This document shows, in pieces, positions 34,566 through 41,296 of a stretch of 64,000 nucleotides of DNA (position 1 is the stretch's first letter; each line of letters starts with the position of its first letter). Position numbers and translations under genes: made by a program. The notes beneath the pieces are model-generated. The model was given only the letters and a program-made list of their open reading frames with translations, had not been told where the DNA came from and ran no database searches. The DNA is from Enterobacter phage EC-F2. The stretch lies in sequence record MN508624.2. One strand, 5' to 3'.

Positions 34566-35074
34566 TTTGCAGCCTTATACATTTCCAGGACGCGGTTCAT
34601 ATGCTCTTGTGATTGAGGCACACCCGCGAAGTTCAATTTGATGAAGAATTCCAGACGATCCTTTTTGGTACATTCATCCAGCCCCAGGGCAGGTAATGAC
34701 ATGTTTTCAAAGGTTCGCTGTTCGTGTCGTGGCAATTCGTCCCAGAACAATCGGGAACCGTCCGGCATAGGAAGACCAATTTCACCTTCGTAAAATTTGA
34801 TAATCGTTGTCAGGCGTTGTTTGCCGTCGATGACTTCTACCCAGTGAGTTTCATTAAACTGACTATCAACCGCGATCGCGATGACACCACAAGGGAAACC
34901 AGTCATTAACGTAGTCAGGAATGCATCTTGCTCTTTCTGCGTCCACACATAGGGGCGCTGATAGGATGGATTCAGATCCAGATCGTTATGCTTCCACCAG
35001 TTGAGATAGCTCCCAACCATGATCGCGACTGCGAAAAGTTCGGAGTTCCCGAAGTCGGTTATGTATAATTTCAT
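34562..35074 (-). CDS. DUF262 / ParB-like nuclease-NTPase-domain protein (170 aa)
   Basis: YQRPYVW and the motif VIDGKQRLTTI (the DGQQR signature) are typical of the DUF262 / GmrSD N-terminal domain. Confidence 0.45.
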   Translation of the reverse strand: MKLYITDFGNSELFAVAIMVGSYLNWWKHNDLDLNPSYQRPYVWTQKEQDAFLTTLMTGFPCGVIAIAVDSQFNETHWVEVIDGKQRLTTIIKFYEGEIGLPMPDGSRLFWDELPRHEQRTFENMSLPALGLDECTKKDRLEFFIKLNFAGVPQSQEHMNRVLEMYKAAK

Positions 35075-35412
35075 CAGACATGATTAATCACCCATCCCAA
35101 CAAACCAGTATTGATAGCCGCAACGGTAAAGCAGATCACAGCCAACACCCGCGCGTTGTGTACTTTGGTTTTCAGTTCTGCGATCTCCTGATCCTTTTCA
35201 CTTTCGAACTCGTCACGGGTTCCATAGTAACCAGGATCAGCAGCGGTTGCGATACGCACCTTATCGGTTTCGAAGAGTGTTGATTTGCCATGATCAACGC
35301 CAACCACACCCAGAATACCATCACGATCGGTATTCACGATCCCGTGCTTTCCGGCTTCGGCATATTTGCCGTTCTTAATGGTAACTACACGATCGCCAGC
35401 TTTGTAAGTCAT
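35074..35412 (-). CDS. hypothetical protein with C-terminal TM segment (112 aa)
   Basis: ORF with the hydrophobic tail LAVICFTVAAINTGLLGWVI. Confidence 0.35.
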   Translation of the reverse strand: MTYKAGDRVVTIKNGKYAEAGKHGIVNTDRDGILGVVGVDHGKSTLFETDKVRIATAADPGYYGTRDEFESEKDQEIAELKTKVHNARVLAVICFTVAAINTGLLGWVINHV

Positions 35413-35417
35413 AATAA

Positions 35418-35783
35418 TTACTCTTTCACGTTTTGTTGTAGGAACTCTAACAGCTTTCCTTCGGCCTGTAAAGCATAAAGTTTATTCAGCTTTGCTATGT
35501 TCTCAAAGTCTGATTTTTCGCTGAACGACCAGACACCATCATCGGAAACCAGCGCACCAACCGATACGCCAGTTTCAGGATCACGCGTCAACGCCAGCCC
35601 CAGGGGATGTAGGATATCTTTATTGATTTTCCAGATCAACCCCAATTGAGATAAGGTGTTGAAATCAACGTGACTCATTAGGCATCGCACCGAATGACAA
35701 CAGCCCCATACGATGATCGTTATCTGATTCACCAGTGCTGAATTCAAATTCTTCACCGCTGATACTGATAGCACGGAAACCAT
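35418..35783 (-). CDS. hypothetical protein (start uncertain; overlaps next ORF in another frame)
   Basis: ORF only. Confidence 0.25.
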   Translation of the reverse strand: MVSVLSVSAVKNLNSALVNQITIIVWGCCHSVRCLMSHVDFNTLSQLGLIWKINKDILHPLGLALTRDPETGVSVGALVSDDGVWSFSEKSDFENIAKLNKLYALQAEGKLLEFLQQNVKE

Positions 35784-36060
35784 CTTTCAGGTACGGCAAC
35801 AGATACAGAGGGATCAGCATCATTTTTGAATCGTCATCCCACTTACGGAAGCCCAGGTTTTTCATTTCTTCCAGAGTCAGGTCATTTGGATCGACTGGTT
35901 CGAAATCAGGGGAAGCGTAAAGGCGTCCTGGAAGATCGCGAATATTTTTCACGGTGAATGAATCACCCCATGACTTATACGCGATAGGTTCAGCGGCGCG
36001 GGTTGCGGTAGCCAGAAGGATCATTTGGCAGATTTGGAAAGTAGTTGCTTTTGGTTTCAT
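35665..36060 (-). CDS. hypothetical protein with probable signal peptide (131 aa)
   Basis: N-terminus MKPKATTFQICQMILLATATRAA. Confidence 0.35.
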   Translation of the reverse strand: MKPKATTFQICQMILLATATRAAEPIAYKSWGDSFTVKNIRDLPGRLYASPDFEPVDPNDLTLEEMKNLGFRKWDDDSKMMLIPLYLLPYLKDGFRAISISGEEFEFSTGESDNDHRMGLLSFGAMPNESR

Positions 36061-36470
36061 GATGTATATCCCACAAGTTTAGTCAGTAAATTCCCCATAG
36101 TCTTACGCGCATGATCGCGGATCTGGCTATACGGAACATATTTGAAGTCATCCATTTCAGTAATGGTTCGACCATTTTTAACGAAGGTTGAAGCACAAAC
36201 ACATTTTTCTGCTTCGGGGTAATTATTACCCACATATACGAATAACACAAGCTCTTTTTTACTCGTATAATCAATCAGACCCAGGCTCAACAGTTCGTGT
36301 TGTTCAACTACAACGCCCGTTTCCTCGAAGCATTCACGGATAGCAGCATTGATCGGGGATTCGCCTTTTTCGATATGCCCCTTTGGGATGTCCCAATGAG
36401 GCGTTTCGGTTGCGTGGCCCATTAAAACGCTGCCGTTATTCAGGAAGAGAATACCAGCAGACCGTTCCAT
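36057..36470 (-). CDS. Nudix hydrolase
   Basis: The Nudix box reads GHIEKGESPINAAIRECFEETGV. Confidence 0.7.
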   Translation of the reverse strand: MERSAGILFLNNGSVLMGHATETPHWDIPKGHIEKGESPINAAIRECFEETGVVVEQHELLSLGLIDYTSKKELVLFVYVGNNYPEAEKCVCASTFVKNGRTITEMDDFKYVPYSQIRDHARKTMGNLLTKLVGYTS

Positions 36471-36715
36471 TACTGTGCTCCGAACTTACGATCGTATGCT
36501 GCCAGCGCTTTATCTGCTGCATCAACTGCCTGAGTGTGTTTGTTAGCGGATTTCTCGCTGAACACTTCGCGGTAAATGGCAACCCAGAGGGATCGGCGGG
36601 TCTGTTCGCTTTCTTCATTGACGCGAGAAGCCGCAAAAGCGTTATGTTCTTTGATCAGTTGTGCGAATTCAGCATCATGATCAATGGTTTGTTGTTGAAT
36701 AGCTGTAGAAGTCAT
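36470..36715 (-). CDS. hypothetical protein (81 aa)
   Basis: ORF only. Confidence 0.3.
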   Translation of the reverse strand: MTSTAIQQQTIDHDAEFAQLIKEHNAFAASRVNEESEQTRRSLWVAIYREVFSEKSANKHTQAVDAADKALAAYDRKFGAQ

Positions 36716-36978
36716 AATTCACCTATTTCTTTCAGTTCAGTTTTGAGTTTTTCGAGGGTTGATTGGTACTGAATGCCGTTCACAATGTCGTTGCGTCGGG
36801 CATAATACAGCGTACCAGTTTTGTTTATCTCTGCCAACACTTCTTTATCGAGTTTATCAGGTTCATTGCTAAATGCAATCCTGAACATTTCTTCGGCGTT
36901 CGGCGCGAATCCGTTACAGAACGTGATACCGAGTTTCGGATCGAAGAATATCAGGGATACTTTATTCACTTTTTCCAT
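36712..36978 (-). CDS. hypothetical protein (start probably MEKVNKVS)
   Basis: ORF. The internal start avoids a 137-nt overlap. Confidence 0.3.
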   Translation of the reverse strand: MEKVNKVSLIFFDPKLGITFCNGFAPNAEEMFRIAFSNEPDKLDKEVLAEINKTGTLYYARRNDIVNGIQYQSTLEKLKTELKEIGEL

Positions 36979-37264
36979 AATGTTCTTCGTAATCCTCGCA
37001 TTCTGGGAGATAGGTTTCGCAGAACATACACAGCGTGAAGAATGTAGGCTGGCGAATTCCGATATTATCGGGTAAGTACATCCAGAACGTGTTAGCAAAC
37101 ACGATGAACGTTTTCAGGTTTTCAACGGTTACGGTACTGATACCGTCATAACCGGATTGAGTAATTGCGCGTTCCAGGGGAACAGGGTATTGCTCGCAGT
37201 AGTTGGCGTAATGTTCGCTTGTCACCAGCGCATTAGCCGCTTTTACGAGATCGGTAATTTTCAT
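36962..37264 (-). CDS. hypothetical protein (100 aa)
   Basis: ORF only. Confidence 0.35.
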   Translation of the reverse strand: MKITDLVKAANALVTSEHYANYCEQYPVPLERAITQSGYDGISTVTVENLKTFIVFANTFWMYLPDNIGIRQPTFFTLCMFCETYLPECEDYEEHYGKSE

Positions 37265-37527
37265 TCAATATATCCCCAACGAATTTTTACGTTATCTTCT
37301 GACGCCGGACTTGTAGGAGTCGGGTACGGATAGCTTTGCGCTTCCCACAGATAAACAACAGCATGTTTTGTCAATTCTTCGATAACTTCATCGAAAGTAC
37401 CGACACTGGTTTGTAAAGGCAACGAGAAAGGTTTATCGTTGGTTTCTACTTGAGCGATTGGCCCATCTACCAAGATAACACGAACCGTTGTGTGCTCAGA
37501 CATATGAGCATAGATTTTGTTTTTCAT
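37261..37527 (-). CDS. hypothetical protein (88 aa)
   Basis: ORF only. Confidence 0.35.
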   Translation of the reverse strand: MKNKIYAHMSEHTTVRVILVDGPIAQVETNDKPFSLPLQTSVGTFDEVIEELTKHAVVYLWEAQSYPYPTPTSPASEDNVKIRWGYIE

Positions 37528-37862
37528 GCGGGTACATATTCCACTTTGACAGGTTTTGCGATAAGGCGTTCTTTAGTGAAGCCTTGCCCGTTACAGATAT
37601 CACAAGTAACATTGAAGTCTTCCATCTGATCAACCCAGCCAGAATCCGGTAAGCCAGAAGGATACGTGTTAACACGTTTGACTTCGAACCCTTTACCCTC
37701 GCATTTCGGGCATTTGTGTGGGTACTGGGATTTAACCATACTCAGCAGTTGCCCCAGCGTTGTTGAACGATCGAAGCGTTCGACCAGTGCCATTACATCA
37801 GCAATACGAATCGAACCAGCATCAATAACGGTATACAGGTTTTTCGGTACATTTGAGCGCAT
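37524..37862 (-). CDS. zinc-ribbon protein (about 113 aa, CPKCEGKG...CDICNGQG)
   Basis: Two CxxCxGxG-like pairs. The start is MRSNVPKN. Confidence 0.35.
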   Translation of the reverse strand: MRSNVPKNLYTVIDAGSIRIADVMALVERFDRSTTLGQLLSMVKSQYPHKCPKCEGKGFEVKRVNTYPSGLPDSGWVDQMEDFNVTCDICNGQGFTKERLIAKPVKVEYVPA

Positions 37863-37872
37863 AGTATATTTC

Positions 37873-38013
37873 TCACTTAAAAAATTTTTTGATGAAAGAG
37901 AGGAACAATCCACCACCGAACATGATCCAGTATCCCGCGCCGTCACCGTTAAACAGGACATACACAGCGACACCATAGCAAAAGATTTCCGCGATATTCA
38001 GTAAGTTTCTCAT
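37873..38013 (-). CDS. hydrophobic mini-protein (46 aa, MRNLLNIAEIFCYGVAVYVLF...)
   Basis: Found by manual translation. A strong RBS AAAGGAGGGAGTT precedes it. Confidence 0.3.
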   Translation of the reverse strand: MRNLLNIAEIFCYGVAVYVLFNGDGAGYWIMFGGGLFLSFIKKFFK

Positions 38014-38058
38014 AACTCCCTCCTTTGTCTACACCAGGTATTTTACCAGAAAGTAGAT

Positions 38059-38223
38059 TACTGTCAACAACAAAGTTTTATCAACCCACTTATCACCAGT
38101 CATTAGTAATCCCCTACAGGTTGAGAAGATGCAACGCTCAGGATACGGAAAGAGCATTCATTCCATTTGCAATAAGTTTTCGCACAGTGAACAGTGCCTT
38201 TCATTACAAACCCGTTTGAGAAC
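38059..38223 (-). CDS. hypothetical Cys-containing mini-protein (about 55 aa, MKLYWLVFSNGF...)
   Basis: First ORF downstream of PeSL #6. Its leader is GAAACAAAGGAGGCAATC. Confidence 0.3.
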
Positions 38224-38235
38224 ACCAGCCAGTAA

Positions 38236-38290
38236 AGTTTCATGATTGCCTCCTTTGTTTCGACACCCCTAATATAACAAAAGCCCCTGC
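38236..38290 (-). promoter_or_regulatory. PeSL-type cassette #6
   Basis: Read on the minus strand: AAAAAAGCCCTTGCATTAGTGCAGGGGCTTTTGTTATATTAGGGGTGTCGAAACAAAGGAGGCAATC. The -35 TTGCAT, a 17-18-nt spacer and the -10 TATATT are present. Confidence 0.5.
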
Positions 38291-38309
38291 ACTAATGCAA
38301 GGGCTTTTT

Positions 38310-38867
38310 TCAAATATTTTTCAACATGTGTAGTTGAGGCGGACAATCTTTTGAAGCAATCAGGCGATCCAGGCGTGACATAACGCGTCTGTAGCCGTCA
38401 TACTCGAACTTGATTTTGGGTGCGATGTAGTTTACATGGATTGCGTTTCGCGTGTTCAGGCTCAACGTGTACTCAGGGATAACGGTTCGGAATCGTAAAG
38501 CAATCACTGGCTTTTCGTGAGCAACCGAATCATCCATGTTTTCTAACATCTGGACGGTGAACGCACAGGCAAACACTTTGCCATTAATCCGGCGATATGC
38601 AATGACTTCTTGCATACCTTCGTTTTTCGCTTTCACCGCGTAATACAGAACGTTACACGAATAATGTTTAGCGAGACTATTAAGAATTTCACTGTAGATC
38701 GCAAAGTCTTTTTTGACTGACGCGGAACGATCCAGGAATCGGTCTGCGATGTGATCTGTAGTCATTGAAACCTTTGTCACATACCAATCACTTAACGCTT
38801 TACTGAAATTTTGGTTAACTTCTCTGCGTAAGTTATTGATAACATACATCAATCGTGCTCTGTTCAT
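38310..38867 (-). CDS. hypothetical protein (185 aa)
   Basis: ORF only. Confidence 0.4.
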   Translation of the reverse strand: MNRARLMYVINNLRREVNQNFSKALSDWYVTKVSMTTDHIADRFLDRSASVKKDFAIYSEILNSLAKHYSCNVLYYAVKAKNEGMQEVIAYRRINGKVFACAFTVQMLENMDDSVAHEKPVIALRFRTVIPEYTLSLNTRNAIHVNYIAPKIKFEYDGYRRVMSRLDRLIASKDCPPQLHMLKNI

Positions 38868-38870
38868 AAA

Positions 38871-39494
38871 TCACCCATTATGTTTAAAGTATTCGATTTG
38901 ACGCAGACGTTTTTCCGCTGCCTCTTTCGAATCATATTCACCAAGTTCTTTCGTGCGATCATGGTTCAGTATAACCCACTTATCGCCGCGATGTTCGATG
39001 TGCTCCGTGATGTCTTCGACTTTTTTATCCAGATCCAACGGTTCAGCATCTTCCTGGATGATAGTCAAATCTACGGGCAATGTCAACAGTCTTTTAACTC
39101 CGCTGATATCTTCGATGCGGGAATCATACGCGAGGGTTACATGTGGTTTGTAATCGTCATAATCGTATGTTGCTCCAGCATCCATTGCATCTTTGAAGCG
39201 GCTATGGAGATAATCAGACTCCAGAACACCCACGATCGTATTACCGTATTTCGTTTCCCACTTCTCCACGTCAACCAGTCGGGCAGGTTCAGAGATACCG
39301 GATGCAGGGAACAGATCAACCGTCTTACGGCTATACACAATCGTTGTATGCAGCTTTGCAGCGGAAACAGGATTCTCTACACCCAGAAGTTTTTGCACCT
39401 TCGCGAGCGCTTCACAGGAAGCCTGATCGAACTTCGCACACATATAGATCCCCGGATCAACTACGGGTTTCGCTACTTCAATAAAACTTTTCAT
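38871..39494 (-). CDS. 57B: 2H-phosphoesterase-fold protein at the position of T4 57B (Acb1, anti-CBASS cyclic-oligonucleotide phosphodiesterase) - candidate Acb1 homologue
   Basis: Two H-x-T/S motifs, HTTIVYS and HVTLAYD, lie about 80 aa apart. This is the 2H signature. The gene sits immediately 5' of gp57A and gp1, as 57B does in T4. Confidence 0.5.
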   Translation of the reverse strand: MKSFIEVAKPVVDPGIYMCAKFDQASCEALAKVQKLLGVENPVSAAKLHTTIVYSRKTVDLFPASGISEPARLVDVEKWETKYGNTIVGVLESDYLHSRFKDAMDAGATYDYDDYKPHVTLAYDSRIEDISGVKRLLTLPVDLTIIQEDAEPLDLDKKVEDITEHIEHRGDKWVILNHDRTKELGEYDSKEAAEKRLRQIEYFKHNG

Positions 39495-39512
39495 GTGTAC
39501 TCCAAATGAAAA

Positions 39513-39530
39513 GGGGGCTTTCGCCCCCCA
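39513..39530 (-). terminator. hairpin GGGGGCTTTCGCCCCC between gp57A and the 57B-like gene
   Basis: GC stem with a TTTC loop. Confidence 0.4.
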
Positions 39531-39553
39531 GTGGTTAAACGCCTAAGCGTTAA

Positions 39554-39820
39554 TTATGCTTTTGATGCATCAATCGCTTCATCGTCGCCAGCGGTTTCTG
39601 CTGTTGCTGGCAGAAGTGCTTTGATCGCGCCGACCAGGGCATCAGGGGATACACCCTGCGAACCGTCGATTTCCAGAAGACTGCAAATTTGGCCTACGAG
39701 TTGACGGTGATTTGCCAGTTCTTGTTCTTTACCCTGAATGATTTCGTTCAGGTCGAATACACGGGCTTTCAGGATCAGGACATCGTTTTGAAGCTGTTGG
39801 GTTTGGTTTTGTTCAGTCAT
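39554..39820 (-). CDS. 57A: tail-fibre assembly chaperone gp57A
   Basis: The 88-aa, Q/L-rich protein MTEQNQTQQLQNDVLILKARVFDL resembles T4 gp57A MSEQTIEQKLSAEIVTLKSRILD. Its position 5' of gene 1 is also conserved. Confidence 0.65.
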   Translation of the reverse strand: MTEQNQTQQLQNDVLILKARVFDLNEIIQGKEQELANHRQLVGQICSLLEIDGSQGVSPDALVGAIKALLPATAETAGDDEAIDASKA

Positions 39821-39823
39821 TGT

Positions 39824-40492
39824 TTACACTCTTAAAAGATTGAATACATTAAGCACGTTACGTTTCAAATCGTCTAACGTACCATTATTTAGGATTGTAT
39901 AATCACTCAAGCCAGGTGTCAAACCTTGCTCTGTTGAATGATTATCTTCAATACCAGTTTCACGTTCAAGGAACACAAAGCGAGTCCCGAACTTGCTCAG
40001 GTATTTATATTCATGCGGTTGACGCACATCGGTAATGATAAAGTGATCCTCGTAGGATTTCAACATTTTTTGAAGCGCAATTGAAGTCCAGATAGACGGA
40101 TCTATTTTACAAACAATATCAGTCCCGAACACCTGCATCAAACGGCGAATCGTCCAGGGCTGGCTGTTTTCTTCGCAAATTTTATGAGCGATAACATCTG
40201 CGTTACTCATGAAGAACCCGCGAGAACTTAATTTTTTGATACCGCTAGAAAACAGCGCGTATGCATCGTTATTGGACATCACCAGCGGGGCTTCACGATC
40301 ACCCTCATAGAATGGGTTCTTCGCTGCCAGCGCTCGCAATTGCGTGTTATCGTGATGTTCCATAGAACGTTTCAGGATAGCTTTGATTTCGTCGGCTAAC
40401 GCGATAACTTCAACATTGCGGAAGTTATGCACAACCATTTGAGCAACGGTATCTTTACCCGTTCGCTTTTTACCACAAATACCATAAATCAT
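39824..40492 (-). CDS. 1: deoxynucleoside monophosphate kinase gp1
   Basis: The N-terminal P-loop is IYGICGKKRTGKDTVA (compare T4 gp1 IFLSGVKRSGKDTTA). Its size and position match gene 1. Confidence 0.75.
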   Translation of the reverse strand: MIYGICGKKRTGKDTVAQMVVHNFRNVEVIALADEIKAILKRSMEHHDNTQLRALAAKNPFYEGDREAPLVMSNNDAYALFSSGIKKLSSRGFFMSNADVIAHKICEENSQPWTIRRLMQVFGTDIVCKIDPSIWTSIALQKMLKSYEDHFIITDVRQPHEYKYLSKFGTRFVFLERETGIEDNHSTEQGLTPGLSDYTILNNGTLDDLKRNVLNVFNLLRV

Positions 40493-41040
40493 TTTTGCGT
40501 TTTCCGTGGAGTAGGCACGATCACCCGTCCGTCGATCTCAATTTCCATGTGAGCGAAGTTGAACATCGTCATACAGGATACGGCTTCATCCGAATCATTG
40601 GTATACATAAGCTCAAGCTCTCCGAGGTTGGAGGGCCAAGCGCCATAGAAGCGAAATGTCGCTACAGTTTTTGACTGCGAGTTATCCAGGATATGCAAAG
40701 CCATTGCCTGTTGTGGTTCACTCCAACGCACGGAATCGAAGGTGTTAAAATCGACAGTACCGAGCATCCAAAGGTAAACCCCAAGATACGATCGCAGTTC
40801 TTCATCAACAGCAAAACGAATAGTCAGTGGATCGAACTCCATTGCAGATCCTGGGATCTTCCCTCGAATCATTGGGTTCAGTGGGACATCCGTAATTGGA
40901 ATGTTGATAGCAGGTAGTGTAACACCCTGAACCTGTAGTTTCAACCCTTTTACATAATCATTGTCAGGAATATCTAACATGAAGTTAGTAGGTGAAATCT
41001 GGTTCAGGATCATAGCAGTTGTATTCATGATGATCTCCAT
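40489..41040 (-). CDS. 3: tail completion / sheath stabiliser gp3 (tail-tube-fold protein)
   Basis: The C-terminus GAWPSNLGELELMYTNDSDEAVSCMTMFNF resembles the gp19-family block GLWPTNVGELQLDWDSNNEIQTFEV. It has gp3 size and sits between gene 1 and gene 2 as in T4. Confidence 0.6.
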   Translation of the reverse strand: MEIIMNTTAMILNQISPTNFMLDIPDNDYVKGLKLQVQGVTLPAINIPITDVPLNPMIRGKIPGSAMEFDPLTIRFAVDEELRSYLGVYLWMLGTVDFNTFDSVRWSEPQQAMALHILDNSQSKTVATFRFYGAWPSNLGELELMYTNDSDEAVSCMTMFNFAHMEIEIDGRVIVPTPRKTQK

Positions 41041-41296
41041 TTTATAGATATTTAGATCAAGACCGTGAGCGAAGCGAACACACGAACGAAGTGAGTGTTA
41101 TGTACGATGTACTGTTTATAATATTTATATTTTATATATAGAGAAAACAGTACATTTCCGTATACTTTTTATACAATCGTTAACTATCCGTCTTCGCTTC
41201 GCTTGACGGAACTCGCTTCGCTCGCGATCTAATTTTTAGTTGATCTATTCAATAAATAGGTATATCATACCTATACTTTCAAAAGAGATTGAAAAC
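41041..41296. promoter_or_regulatory. divergent intergenic control region with nested palindromes, GCGAA pentamer repeats and late-promoter-like boxes
   Basis: GAGCGAAGCGAAC (about 41068-41080) pairs with CTCGCTTCGCTCG (about 41211-41223). Inside them, ATGTACTGTTT (41101-41111) pairs with AAACAGTACAT (41145-41155) around a 28-nt pure-AT core. TATTTATA at 41122-41129 is TATAAATA on the minus strand, upstream of gp3. AATAAATA at 41251-41258 lies upstream of the plus-strand internal-protein gene. Confidence 0.45.

Noticed and set aside
38871-39494. The MKSF... N-terminus of the 2H phosphoesterase as a second capsid-targeting sequence.
   Set aside because: Only the first four residues match. There is no L/I-x-E cleavage motif at positions 8-10 (FIEVAKP), so the resemblance is judged coincidental.
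41240-41296. The upstream ATG at 41240 as start of the internal-protein gene (280-aa version).
   Set aside because: The T4-type capsid-targeting sequence must be N-terminal. MKSFKELLSE begins at 41297, which also has a better-spaced RBS. The extra 19 codons overlap the AATAAATA promoter-like box.
41041-41296. A firm call of this region as the replication origin.
   Set aside because: The iteron-like repeats and AT core are suggestive, but the same features are expected of a divergent late promoter region. Without skew or initiation data it is kept only as a hypothesis (see findings).
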